Of a DNA stretch of 64,000 nucleotides, positions 39,481 through 53,344 are shown in pieces. Below the pieces are notes generated by a model, which made no database searches, was not told the DNA's origin, and saw nothing but the letters and a program-made list of their open reading frames with translations. Source of the DNA: Eledone cirrhosa (Eukaryota); assembly GCA_964016885.1 (NCBI GenBank), contig OZ024746.1:98022001-98086000 (forward strand), in the 5' to 3' direction. Both the position numbers and the translations under genes were made by a program. Each line of letters begins with the position of its first letter. Position 1 is the stretch's first letter.

Positions 39481-39674
39481 ACTGTGTGCGCTCTGATTTA
39501 CCAACTTGGATCTCAGAAATGAAGATTCGGTAAAATCATTAAGCGAGTGGAAAATTCAGTGGGCTAGCACAAATTCAATTTGTCAAATTCGTTATAATTG
39601 CATGCCAACACAAGAGCGAGAATGGCATGGCTTATAAAAGAGAGCGTTTGCATAATTGCAAACGAATCGAATAT

Positions 39675-39862
39675 TGGATTGGCAGTATTGGTAGAGAGTC
39701 GAATGCCATGCTTTGACGCATAGAGTTACGGCCCTTTCCATTCTGGGTTTAAATCTCGCCAAGGTTAACTTTGCCTTTCATCCTTACGGGGTCGATAAAA
39801 TAAAGTACCAGTAATACACTGGGTATTTGCTGGCCTTGTGCCAAAAGTAGAAACAATTATTA
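39675..39862 (+). mobile_element. Meta/MESC-core tRNA SINE
   Basis: Matches the family consensus. Confidence 0.85.
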
Positions 39863-40402
39863 ATATAAAAAAAAACTCAGATTACATTTATTGTATTCAC
39901 CCATGTAGAGCGACAGCTAGTTGCTAGTTATTTAAATTAATTACAGTTTTCTTTAATAAAACCGTGGTCCTTTATGGTTCAGATGTGTGCCGCTCTCAGT
40001 TGTGCACGCAAGGTGGCATAGGGAGCACCATAAAAAAGGTTCTTATATAAAGTTATAATAGAAGATTTTAAAACCTTATTATAAATATCTTTGTATCGTA
40101 GAACCAGGGCCGTTTTTTATGTGGATTGATATCATAAGGGTTAAATATGTTGATAGAAATGAGTTGTGTATAAATGATGTATATGTAAATATGAGTGAGT
40201 GTATACTATGTATGTTTCTATGTAGGCCATGTATAACAACATTTCTATGACACATAATATAATAAGTGGGAATTCTTGAAAAGAATTCTGTTAATTGATT
40301 GATGTGTTGACCATCTGCCATGTTCAGATATCATATATATATATATATATATGTCCATGTCTGTTTGTATGTGTGTGTGTATGCGTGTGTTGGTGTGCGT
40401 GG

Positions 40403-40523
<121 letters not shown>

Positions 40524-41177
40524 TGTATGCGTTTGTTAGTGTGCTATAGATCGCTTGAAGCATTGCGGAATATGAAAATCTAGTTAGCTACAATGGACAG
40601 GAGTGGCTTCCTAAAACGAATTCATTTTTACAAAGAACCCCACCCTCATTCACACGCATATATATATATATATATATATATATGCAAAAGTTTTATTTAA
40701 AATTGTTGGGTTACAACGAGTAAATATTTTATAACTGATATAAAGCACTCAACAAGTTTTGGAGTAGATATACGATATTAAACAAATGGAAGCTATATTT
40801 ATAAAACCATATTTATTTCATTATACATATTTCAGGGATACCGTCTCCTTAACACTATACTAAATAAATAAATAAATAAAATAATTACAGTACTCCCTCC
40901 CTCCTAAAACTCTCAATTTGTATCATGAATTATTATTATTCATCTGTTGCCTCAGCTGCCTCTCATTTTCACCTCCTCACTATTTCTCTCTCCCATTTCT
41001 CTCTCTATCTCTCTCTGTTTTTCTTTACATACATTTCTTCCTTTTCTCCGTCTTTCTTTCTAACTGTGCTTAACACTAAATATTTATAAACATTTCACTA
41101 CCAAACCAACCTCTTAAATGGAAGTTGTTCAATATTTATGGTACGTCAAATTTATTTATAAAACTGCTTATATATTG

Positions 41178-41242
41178 TATTTTATCTGAAGAAGGCATGC
41201 ATATTTTTAATATGGTATCCCTGAAATATGTATAATGAAATA
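41178..41242 (+). ncRNA. Type I hammerhead ribozyme motif
   Basis: tattttat CTGAAGA aggcatgcatatt..aatatggtatccct GAAA tatgta TA atgaaata; an inverted partial copy lies at 40768-40842. Confidence 0.75.
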
Positions 41243-41283
41243 AATATGGTTTTATAAATATAGTTTCCATTTGTTTAATATCG

Positions 41284-41327
<44 letters not shown>

Positions 41328-41361
41328 AGAGAAAAACCACAGAACCTCCATCTCAACTCTA

Positions 41362-41396
41362 CTTTTGAAAAACAGAACTGCGAAACCGGTAAAGGA
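41362..41396 (+). ncRNA. U3-A8 variant hammerhead motif
   Basis: ctt TTGAAAA acagaactgc GAAA ccgg TA aag. Confidence 0.6.
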
Positions 41397-41466
41397 ACCA
41401 AAATAAATATATATATATTTTTTAAAAATAAGACTCCAGTTGCATTTTCGATTTCATCCTTTTTTT

Positions 41467-41514
<48 letters not shown>

Positions 41515-41519
<5 letters not shown>

Positions 41520-41932
41520 AGAGGTGCAACACATGAGTTGTGATATATTAGTAAAAAGGAAAAGAAAATGCTGACAAAGTTTTCCCAGTGAAAAATAGTT
41601 TAATTAGGAATAAATATAAATTAGTAATAAGTATTGGTTAGTACTCAGTTTTTAGTTTTAAGTTTTTACCGGTTGCGCATTTCCTTATGCTTTTCAAAAA
41701 TAATTTTGAAATAGAGTGCTCGTGATGTTTGCTCTATCTGATTAGATTAGAGCAAACATCACGAGCACTCTATTTCAAATTATTTTTGAAAAGCATAAGA
41801 AATGCGCAACTGGTAAAACTTAAAACTAAAACTGAGTACTAACCAATACTTATTACTAATTTATATTTATTCCTAATTAAACTATTTTTCACTGGGAAAA
41901 ACTTTGTCAGCATTTTCTTTTCCTTTTTACAT
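41515..41932. mobile_element. Palindromic non-autonomous derivative of the 47.5-53.9 kb PLE, with two U3-A8/GCAA hammerhead-like motifs
   Basis: ~190-bp arms centred near 41740 are homologous to the PLE pLTR (47531-47775); motifs at 41663-41700 (-) and 41783-41820 (+). Confidence 0.8.
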
Positions 41933-41952
41933 ATATATATATAATATATATA

Positions 41953-42026
<74 letters not shown>

Positions 42027-42099
42027 ATCTCGTATATGTTGAAAATATTTATGTATGTATGTATGTATGCGTGTATGTGTATGTATGCTTTTGTGCATG

Positions 42100-42390
42100 T
42101 GGTTTTTATCGTATGTGTGTGTGTCTGTATGTCTGTGTATTACCTATAGAGGCTACATCTTACGACCGATTTTCATGAAACTTTACAGGCTCATAGATTA
42201 GTCATCGGGGAGGGTTGTCTATATATCAGCGTATGGTTTTTTTATTCCGGGGTCATCACCACCCTCACCCGCATGGTCTGTGTTTGGCCATAGATGAGTC
42301 ATCGAGAAGCAGTCGCTAAGATCAAACACCTTTTCATCAAAGCAGATATTATTTTACCTACCCAGGCAACGCTGGGTACTGCTGCTAGTA
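42100..42390 (+). mobile_element. Non-autonomous Helitron/HINE
   Basis: gaccgattttcatgaaacttt body; 3' hairpin cccaggcaacgctggg followed by CTAG. Confidence 0.65.
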
Positions 42391-42733
42391 TATATATATA
42401 TGTATATCATATATATACATTTGTATATATATTTATACTTATATATTTATGTATATATATATGATTGAATATATATATATATGGGATAACAAATTATCGT
42501 TATAGGTAAGTCCAGTTAGAGGTTGTGAATACTCGGTATTGTGGATAGTTTTAAAGTACGGCTTTGTTTGACTCAACTAGAGGTTTCCTTATATTGCGAG
42601 TTCTCGGGAATTCCTATGCAGGTTAATCTTTCACTATATATATATATGTGTGTATATATATAATAATATATATATATATACACACATATATATATATATA
42701 TTATATATATATATGTGCGTGCATATATATATA

Positions 42734-42765
<32 letters not shown>

Positions 42766-42948
42766 ATAATAAAGTTAAATAAAAAGTCAAATGTTTAAAA
42801 TTTAGGTTCGTTTATTACTGCTATATATTTGGAGTAACCAAACCAACCTGCGCACTTCGTCGAGTGCTCCAGCCTGCATACTGAGGTATTGGTATACAAC
42901 CAACATAAACTCAAAATCTATATATGTGTATATATATTATATATATAT

Positions 42949-42995
<47 letters not shown>

Positions 42996-43003
42996 GTATA
43001 TAC

Positions 43004-43057
<54 letters not shown>

Positions 43058-43116
43058 GTATATATATGTATATGCATATATGTATATATATATATATATG
43101 TATGTATATATATATG

Positions 43117-43147
<31 letters not shown>

Positions 43148-43208
43148 GTGTGTATATATACATTTGTATATATATATACAAATGTATATATATATATACA
43201 TTTGTATA

Positions 43209-43256
<48 letters not shown>

Positions 43257-43324
43257 TATATATATTATATTATATGTATATGTATATGCATATATGTATA
43301 TATATATATATGTATATATATATG

Positions 43325-43357
<33 letters not shown>

Positions 43358-43423
43358 GTACGTTCGGGTCTCGATTTTCAGCCCCATGGATTTTACCTAT
43401 TACATTCACGTATTATATTTCGA

Positions 43424-43480
43424 ATACCTGATGATATCACCGATTCATACGGAACCCGGTCATTGAAATGATCATAGTAT
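43424..43480 (+). ncRNA. Type I hammerhead ribozyme motif
   Basis: atac CTGATGA tatcaccg..cggtcatt GAAA tgatca TA gtat; lies in a ~170-bp island between long (TA)n tracts. Confidence 0.75.
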
Positions 43481-43598
43481 AATAAACCTTTCAAGGATTT
43501 ACACAAATCAGCCTCCTGTCATTTCATTATATATATATGTATATATATATATATATGTTATATATATATATGTATATATATATATATGTATTTGTATA

Positions 43599-43641
<43 letters not shown>

Positions 43642-43653
43642 CTATATATATAT

Positions 43654-43751
<98 letters not shown>

Positions 43752-45169
43752 GAGACGTACACAAAGATTCACCCACTAAAATTCATATCTATAATTCTAT
43801 GAAGGAAGTATGTTCATCTCGATGAAAATTAGAAAGTAATATTTTGCTAATGGCTATATCTAAGGTATATGCAGCTGTCCTATTTTCATTGCATAAACAC
43901 ACCCACGCATATACACACGTCTGCACAGACGCATGTATTGTCATATACCATATATACTTTTATATAAGTCATACCTTATCTCACGAACCGGAAACAGTGA
44001 TTCAAATCTTCCAACACTTCTGTTTAAATGCAAAAGAAAACCATCATGATATTTAGCTTCCTCTGTGGTTATAACAATTAAAATACAGTACTAAAGCTAT
44101 ATTGAAGTTAAATAAAATAAATCTTTCGAATGCGTATGTTCAAAACTACGTTACTTAAAATCGCATAAGATGCGGGCTGAGTGTAATCTAATCTAATCTG
44201 GCCGAGTTTACACTCGCAAATAAGAAGAACCAGAGCCGCCCCTAGGAGAATTGGATTTGGTGTAATTCATATTTGTTTCGTTTGCTGAATATAATCAGGG
44301 GTCACTGCTTCTCCTGAAGGTCAATAGTTCTCTTCTAACTCGAACAGGAGTTCCATTGTCAATTTACATTGATCATCTGCAAAGCCTCATTGTTCTCAGA
44401 ACCACTACACCAGTCTTTCGATGTGTGCAGCTGGAACTAGAGGGCCGTTGACTCTTATGAGTTCTTCCGCCATTTGTCAGGTTTCTTTTTTTGTCCTGCA
44501 AGGTGTCCAAAATCCTCCTCCTCACCAAGTAAACTTGGTGGGGTTGCCGGTTTAGTCGCCGACGAGCCCACCATGCGACAGGTTGTACTGGGTTACATGT
44601 TACCAGTATTACTCAAGTATGACCTAAAATAACAATTAAAAACTCAAAAAACAAAGCAAATAAATTCCACAACAGTCACAAATACAATCAGTTTTAGCAG
44701 ATAGGGTACACTCAGACAAGGGAGTTGAGTGTGGAGCTATTTGGTCTTTTAAAGAGGTATGGGCTTCAGATTTCATCATGATTTCACAATATTTGATGCA
44801 GAGTATGGGTGAACTATATTATCCATAGATTCAGCTAAAGAGAGGCCATGAGAAAAAAGGCTTTCTATTCACTGATAGTTTATCAAACCTAGAACTGTTT
44901 TAATCCAGAAAAAAGGAATCGGGTTAGAATTACTAGGATTGCTTTGCTAAGAGTAGACAACTACCACTCAGAGAATAATAAACAAATAACATTGCTTTAG
45001 ATACTAGGCCATACAGAAGCCTGAAATAGACAATATATATAATGTTGGTAATTCTCTAATGTTTTCAGTCCCATAGCTCGTTGGTATATTACATTACATG
45101 CGTTTGTTATATGTCTTGCCTTTGTTTATTCTCTGTTGTAGCAACTCTTAGATCTGGCTATCACTGACC

Positions 45170-45402
45170 ATTCGGAAATGTCAGCTATAACTACATAAAT
45201 ATACACTCTTGACAGGTATAATGTGTCCGAACACGGAAGAGCCAAACTCCCACCGTTATATCCCCCATCTCTTTCGCCCTCCCCATCTCTCTGTATAGTG
45301 AACATTGGGATCCCACGTGCTGGCCTCCCCACAGCCCCTGTGGACCGAATGGATGGCGTTTCCCCGGAGGATGGGTAAGGGAAATGCGCTAGAAGAGTCA
45401 GA
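45170..45402 (-). mobile_element. CRE-like LINE 3' fragment
   Basis: Reverse complement is homologous to 58518-58700. Confidence 0.55.
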
Positions 45403-45784
45403 GGAAATAGGAAAACAGATGAATTAACAGAGAAGGGAGTAGAAAGGGCAATAATAGATATAGACTACATCCCAAATCTATCGCAAGTAAAATCATTTAG
45501 CAAAAATATAATAAGTCAAGTGTGTGGAAAATTTGGGGAGGAATCTAGAGATAAGCTCTCGAATGTCAATCCTCCATTTTCTCAAACAGATCTGACAATA
45601 TCTAAAACATACCAGACACTGTGCAATGTTAAGAAAAAAGACTATACTGGCTTCTAAGTGGACATATACCATTGGATTACACGAACTGGTCGTAGAGAAT
45701 TTCAAGCATGCGTATCATTATACAGCCAGATACAACTCATTCTCTCCAAGGTTACTCCATAACACGATGCTTCTACTCCCTCGC

Positions 45785-46150
45785 CTGTCAACGCCTTTCC
45801 AGTGAGGATGCCACGATAAAAATACACCTAGCCCACTTTGTAAAGTGGCAGTCGTGCTGATTCACCGAAGGAAAGCATCCACTCCACATGTTAAGGCGGT
45901 AGTGCTGGTGCCACGACAGGAAACACCCAGTCCACACCCTATGAGGTGGTGCAAGTGTAAAAGACACGATATATTCTGCCCAAGTAGACGCTGTAAAGGG
46001 GTTGGCGTGAGGAAGTGCATCCACCCGTAGAAACCCAATAAACAATAAAACCCCACGATCAAGGTCACCTGACCTGTCTAGCCTCAAAATGTTACAATTC
46101 GTCAAACCCATGCATGCCAGGAGAACCGACGTTAAACGTTCGTGATGATA
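45785..46150 (+). mobile_element. SINE remnant with V-domain-like core
   Basis: ggttggcgtgaggaagtgcatccacccgtagaaacc core and gacgttaaacg..tgatga tail. Confidence 0.45.
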
Positions 46151-46214
46151 TAAAGGAACACGAGTTTTGTTTTTAGGAAGGAAACATAAAAGGCATGAGG
46201 TTAGAATGTTTTAG

Positions 46215-46672
46215 AAAAGAATCGCTGGGCAGATTTTACGAGCAAAACCAACCGACAGGAGACCCAGGTGTAGATCCCGAGCGAGATGGTTGGATAACAT
46301 CCATGAGCTTGGCTGGTCTCGCTTGGGGAGCCAGCGGATCAGTTGGAGACGGTTGCTTCTGACAGGACCCACTGGAAGGAGTATTTGAGGTCTCTGCCCC
46401 CACCAAGACCCTCTCAGATAGAAGAAGATCCAGTGGGATTAGTTGGTGGGGGTTGCTTCTGATAGAAGCCGCTGGAAGGAGGGTTTGAAGACTCTGCCTA
46501 CACGACCCTCTCAGATAGAAGAAGAAGAAGAAAGAAGAAGAAGAAGAAGAAGAAGAAGAAGGAAGAAGAAGAAGAAAGAAGAAGAAGAAGAAGAAGAAGA
46601 AGAAGAAGAAGAAGAAGAAGAAGAAGAAGAAGAAGAAGAAGAAGAAGAAGAAGAAGAAGAAGAAGAAGAAGG
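46215..46672 (+). mobile_element. RTE LINE 3' end with duplicated terminus and (AAG)n tail
   Basis: RRPRCRSRARWLDNI..; the terminal ~100 bp is repeated, followed by a long (GAA)n. Confidence 0.75.
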
Positions 46673-48021
46673 CTAGCCAAATCTTTTTGATATGCACCAT
46701 TTGTTTAATAGTGGAAATCAGGGGATGTTTCGTAATGCCTTGGGATTTAAGTCGAAGATAAATTAATCGATGTTTTCTCTGTAGAATGTTATTCTGTAAA
46801 ATGTTACATCAGTGAGCTCATCAATTTGATCTGTTCAATGAACGTTACTTGTTATTCCACATTCATTACCAGCTGACAGTTCTACAAACCATGAATGCTT
46901 TTATATCCGAATGGTTTAGCTCTGTGTTTATTACTGTATCGATTGATTGCATCTTTCCATATCAATTGCCCACTGTTTTATGCTTTAAATCACTATATTG
47001 AGTGGCTGTAGCGTATGTGGACCTGAAACTACAATTATCTCTAATTATTTCACATTCCTCACTCGACACACATGTGCACATATTTTTATAGAAAGCTTTA
47101 TTACTTTCACGTTAAAATGTCGGTTACCAATACCTTCAAAACCATTATCCTATTTTCTTGTTTCCCACTAAATATTTTATAGCACTATATAGAATTCTTT
47201 AATGTAAACCAAATTGATACATATCAATTCATATTTATTGCTCGTAAATATATATATATATAGAAGTGGTTACACAACAGTTAGTTCACCATACCGAGAA
47301 CAATTGTTTCACCTTAGTAGGTCCTCAGAACGTAATATAATATATATATATATATTTACAAGGACGAATGGCCACTCCTTCATTACATTTATTGGTTGGT
47401 GACGCGCGTTTCGCTACTGATCAGCTCAAGGCTCGATCTGTATCGATCTAGCCCGACACTGGAATCAAACGCTCGTTGGACCTCTGTTGTAGTAATGAAC
47501 TCCTTGGAGATATATATATATATATATATAGTTAAAAGAATAGAGGTGTAACACACAAGTTATTATATATTGGTAAACGGAATAGAAAATGCTGACAAAT
47601 TGTTCACAGTTGAAAAATGGTTTAATTAGGAATAAAAGAGTATTAGTGATTGTATGGGTTAGTATTCAGTTGTGGTTTTAAGTTTTTAAGTTTTTACCGG
47701 TTGCGCATTTCTAAATGCTTTTCAAAAATAATTTTGAGATAGAGTGTCCGTGCTGTTTGCTCTGATCTGATTAGTTTTGGGAATTCTACCTGTTTTTATG
47801 TTGAAAAAGTGGCTCCAGCGTTACTTTGGTGTTGCAAAAATTCTTGTGGTCAAAACAATTTTGATTGGTCGGTAGAGGTCATATGAATGTAAAAAATTGA
47901 TTTTGCGCCAAGACTGTTTTTATGTTAAAAAAGTGGCTCCAGCAAAAATTCTTGTGGTCAAAACAATTTTGATTGGTCGGTAGAGGTCATGTGAATAAAA
48001 AATTGGTTTTGCGCACAACAA

Positions 48022-48139
<118 letters not shown>

Positions 48140-48215
48140 TAGTAGTAGTAAGGTGTTCGATGTTGTGATAATGGTTAGCAGCGATGTGTGTCAAATGGCT
48201 ATTAAGATAAGTGTG

Positions 48216-48253
<38 letters not shown>

Positions 48254-49116
48254 GCAGAGTAATTCGTGGTGGCAGGGATGGTCAGTAAGAATGTGTCTGA
48301 AGCATGTCAAAAGATATTTTTCAGCTTTTGTCTTATACGGAGAAGTGCGTGTGTGTGTGTGTGTGTGTGTGTATAAGTCTCTTTGTATGTTGATGTACGC
48401 GTGTGTATGTGTGTGTGTATATATATATGTGTGTGTGTGTGGGTGGACCAGTATATTTTTCCCCCTGGTAAAATGGTGTACATTATTCGATTTTTTCAGT
48501 AAAATAGGTTCTCTTAATAGAACATCAAAAATCTTAACAATAAAAGGTGTGAAATGATATTCACTATATATATATACACATACATATATTCACTATATAT
48601 ATATATATATACATATATATACATACATACACATATATACATATATATATGCACATATATTTTTTTGTGTTGCACCATAGAGCATGTGTGTTTACGTATG
48701 TCATTGTGTTTATATGTGGGTAGAGATGTGTGCTGATGTAGGTATGTATGTTGACGTGTGTATGTTGTGGGTTCATCTTAGGGAGAAGTGTTTAGACGGG
48801 GTCCGTATTTGTTAATGAAGTAAGATTCCTTGCTGATGCGCTGGGTGTGGGTGGCATTATCTTTAAATTTGTAGAGGGGAAAGATTCTGAAGTTGGGATG
48901 ATTTGGGGCGGATTTTGGGATGATTTTGGACTTAAAACGTCAACTGAATACTAACCCATACAATCACAATCACTAATACTCTTTTATTCCTAATTAAATC
49001 ATTTTTCAACTGTGAACAATTTGTTAGCATTTTCTATTCCGTTTACCAATATATAATAACTTGTGTGTTACACCTCTATTCTTTTAACTATCATAACCTC
49101 ACACGAGATACAGAAA

Positions 49117-50427
49117 ATGCCAACAAAAACGGATACAACCCTCATCAACTCAAATGAAGAGATCCTACAGGAACTCAAGAAAATCAACACCAACCTATCT
49201 TTGCTGGTCGACAAACTTGACTCCACAAATAAGGAAACCGCCACCGGATACAAACCCTCCGAAATCGGCGACAAACTCCAAAACCTTTGCGATACTATCC
49301 AAACTATGTTCACTACTACCAACCCAGGAAAAACCAACGAAGAACCATGTGAGATTGATTCACACAAAATGAAAATTCGAACAATTCCAAAATGGAACAA
49401 ATCCCTCAGAGACAGAAAGTTCTCATTCTGGAAGATGATACAAAATCACAACAAAGCAGAGATATATGAAAAATGGCTTAACTCAACCCCTCTAACTCTC
49501 CCCCATAAACTACAAATAAAGTCCATTCCAAATGAACCCGAACTTCAAAGACACCTTAGGGAAAGAATGGCATTGGAAAAAATGAAGACAGAAATTGAAC
49601 TTCTTAAACTGAGGGCCCAGACAAATGAGGAAAAAATCAAAACCATCGATGAAGAGATCCTCCTGGAAATCAACAACAAAACTGAAGGCCCCAAGGTAGA
49701 GAAGATCTCCAAATTATGGAAAGGGGACTGCAACAGAGAAGAACTGAAATCCCTTCAACGCTGGGAAAAAATTGCCGCTTGGTTCCTACACTATGAATCG
49801 ACTTTTCAAACGGATTACACCTCCAATAACCCGTTCATAAAAATAGGAAAACCCATAACTGAACCGCACAACAACTTCTCAAACCCCCAAGCCTCTAACA
49901 AACGAAGAAAGAAGCACCACACCGAAGATGAACTTCCCAACCTCGCTACCATAAGAAGGAACAAAAACCCAAGAAATCATCTCCCCCAGAATGACATTTA
50001 CAACTTCCCCCCTTCAAGGAGACACCATACCAAATCACTCAACTAGTATGCGGATGCCTCATCGTCAAACATAGGGAAAAGATACCACCGCCATGATAGA
50101 TGTAACAACTTCCCCGCTTCAAGGGGACAGCAAGGTAATTACCATTTTCTCAACTCTCGCTTCCACAATACACAACAAACCCACACCACACGATACAACC
50201 AACAACGTAGGCCACTTATAACACCACAATACAACATGGCACATAGAAACACACACCCATACTCGCAGTACAGGAACACCCCATTCAATCTACAACCACC
50301 GACCCGAACCATATTTTACAACAACAAGGAATATAACAAACACAGGAGACCACTTTACATCAGCAGACAACCCCTCTACTCCAACCATTTTTTAGACACA
50401 GCACACAGATACAGGCAAACAAAATAA
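49117..50427 (+). CDS. PLE ORF1: coiled-coil-rich protein with low-complexity N/H/R/Y-rich C-terminus; one in-frame TAG at 50044-50046
   Basis: ORFs 49063-50046 and 50236-50427 share one frame with no other stop; heptad-like EEILQELKKINTNLSLLVDKL and RERMALEKMKTEIELLKLRAQTNEEKIKTIDEEI. Confidence 0.65.
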
Positions 50428-52713
50428 CACAAGACAGGGAGGAGAAACCGATAGTAATAAAAATTATCAATCTTACTAGTGCAGAACCAACACCCAACCT
50501 TATCAACTTACTCTCCAAAGGTCTTAAATTCACACCGACCACACTACGTCCTAACTACTATGAAATGAAGGAAGACATCACAGACTTCTGTAGAAAGTTA
50601 CGACTTAGTGAACAACTATTCGACCAGTACAATGAGGATGAATCATTAGCCAGAATAGAAGCAATTACACCCCTTCAAAAGGTAGAAATAAAATCCTGGA
50701 CGAATTCTGTGAACACATCACAAACTTCCCTTACCAACACTTGCACAGACAAAAATACAAGCCAAACCTCAACAGGAAAGAATGGGAAGAATTAAATAGA
50801 TTAAAAACCGACAGAACCATTACAATTAAAGAGGCTGATAAAGGGAGTACAGTAGTCCTAATGGAGACAGAATTCTATATCAACTTAGCGCTCTCCACTT
50901 TGGAAAACGAAACATACTACGAAAAGGCTGAACACTACAATCAACAGAAAATTATGAGAAACCTAAAAACTCTAATCAACCAATACAAAGAAGGACTCAC
51001 TAACAAGGAATTCAGCTTCATCACAGACTTCACAAGTAAATCCAGCCTTTTCTACGGTATCCCTAAAGTACATAAAAGCGAATCAATAAGTAAGGCATGC
51101 AAGGAAGCCACAGACATAGTCATCAATGTCCCCTCACCCAATGATCTCAAATTAAGACCTATAATAGCAGGCCCCGCTTGCGAAACGCACCGTCTTAGCA
51201 ACTTCATTGATACCCTTCTCAAACCCTTCCTCAAGCACATCAAAAGCTATATAAGGGACGACCTAGATATGCTCAATCACCTCCCTAATATGCCACTTTC
51301 TGAACAAACCCTACTAGTGACGTTCGATGTAGTCAACCTATACTCCAACATCCCCCACAACCTAGGAATAGAAGCTATCCAATTCTGGCTGGATAATTTC
51401 CACAATGAACTCCCACAACGCATCAAAAAAGAATTCGTGATAGAGGGACTCAAATTTATCTTGGAGAACAATTACTTCGTTTTCATTAACAAACCCTACA
51501 GGCAGAAATCTGGGACCGCTATGGGAACTAAAACAGCCCCCACTTATGCCAACCTAGTCATGGGATACCTGGAAATCACCCTCTACACTAAAGTCCTAAA
51601 CAAATTTGGAAACACCCTCCACTTACACATTGAAAGGAACTGGAAGCGATATCTAGATGACTGCTTCATCCTTTGGCACGAAAACATCGAAAAACTTAAA
51701 GAATTTCACACCCTTATAAATGGGCTCAACACAAATATTAACTTCACGATGGAATACAGCCATCAACAACTCCCCTTCCTCGACATCCTCATTAAGATCC
51801 ATAACAAAAAAAATAGAAACAGACATATACTACAAGCCCACAGACTCCAAGCAATATCTCCCCTTCAACTCTTGCCACCCTAGACACGTTAAAATTAATA
51901 TTCCCTACAACTTAGCCAAGAGAATCTGTACTATAGTCTCCAATAAAAACATCTGCTACTTACGGCTACAAGAACTAAAGGACACACTCATAGGCAGGGA
52001 CTACCCTGCATCACTAATTGACAATGGAATCCAACGTGCCCTAAAACTCAGTACACAGGACCTTAGACACCCTAAAGTAAATCAAGCAAAACTAAAAGCT
52101 CTTCCATACATCTCCACACACAACCCCCTCAACAATGAGGCCTTTGACACCATCCTCCAGAACATCCCTGTATTGAAAAAGGACCATAGAATGAACCAAA
52201 TTCTACGAACACACGATATCATAAAGAGCAAAAGACAATCCAAGTCAATGAAAAACATCTTAACACATGCCAAAGTACTGCCAACCACAACAACGAAACC
52301 CACAGTAAAAAAAATGCGATAGACCCAACTGTGGCATTTGCATCAACCTAATAGAGGGTTCGGAATTCTATTTCAAAGATGGACAACGTTTTATAGTAAA
52401 ACACAATTTCACATGTGCATCGGAAAATCTAATATATGTATTAACTTGTTCAGGTTGTCGAGAACAATACATAGGCCAGACCAAAAACAGCCTCCGCCGA
52501 CGCATGACTGTCCATAGATCCCAAATCAAAATACGGGAATACAGGAAAATACCACTGAGTGAACACATTGATACCTGTGCCGCCCAAAATCATCCTAACT
52601 TCAGAATCTTTCCCCTCTACAAATTTAAAGATAATGCCACCCACACCCAGCGCATCAGCAAGGAATCTTACTTCATTAACAAATACGGACCCCGTCTAAA
52701 CACTTCTCCCTAA
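50388..52713 (+). CDS. PLE pol: reverse transcriptase and GIY-YIG endonuclease (three single-base frameshifts)
   Basis: IINLT..LLSKGLKFTPT..FCRKLRL; IKEADKG; FYGIPKVHK; LRPIIAGP; TFDVVNLYSNIP; GTAMGTKTAPTYANL; RYLDD; LPFLD; YYKPTD..SCHP; CDRPNCGIC; NLIYVLTCSGCREQYIGQT..RMTVH..SEH..KESYFI..LN. Shifts at ~50655, ~51810 (A-run) and ~52310 (A-run). Confidence 0.92.
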
Positions 52714-52873
52714 GATGAACCCACAACATACACACGTCAACATACATACCTACATCAGCACACATCTCTACCCACATATAAACACAATGACATACGTAAA
52801 CACACATGCTCTATGGTGCAACACAAAAAAATATATGTGCATATATATATGTATATATGTGTATGAATGTATA

Positions 52874-52915
<42 letters not shown>

Positions 52916-53132
52916 ATATATGTATGTGTATATATATATAGTGAATATCATTTCACACATTTTATTGTTAAGATTTTTGATGTTCTATTAAGAGAACCGA
53001 TTTTACTGAAAAAATCGAATAATGTACACCATTTTACCAGGGGGAAAAAATACTGGTCCCCCCCCCCACACACATATATATATATATATACACACACACA
53101 TACACACGCGTACATCAACATACAAAGAGACT

Positions 53133-53163
<31 letters not shown>

Positions 53164-53271
53164 GCACTTCTCCGTATAAGACAAAAGCTGAAAAATATCT
53201 TTTGACATGCTAAATTGCTTTCAGACACATTCTTACTGACCATCCCTGCCACCACGAATTACTCTGCTATA

Positions 53272-53344
<73 letters not shown>

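Noticed and set aside
47295-47332. Minus-strand CTGAGGA cctactaaggt GAAA caattg TT
   Set aside because: Core and palindromic stem III are present but stem I does not pair. Probably a truncated remnant, so it is not called as a feature.
50388-52713. Selenocysteine-type in-frame TGA recoding as reported for some Naiad PLEs
   Set aside because: No in-frame TGA was seen in the reconstructed pol frame.
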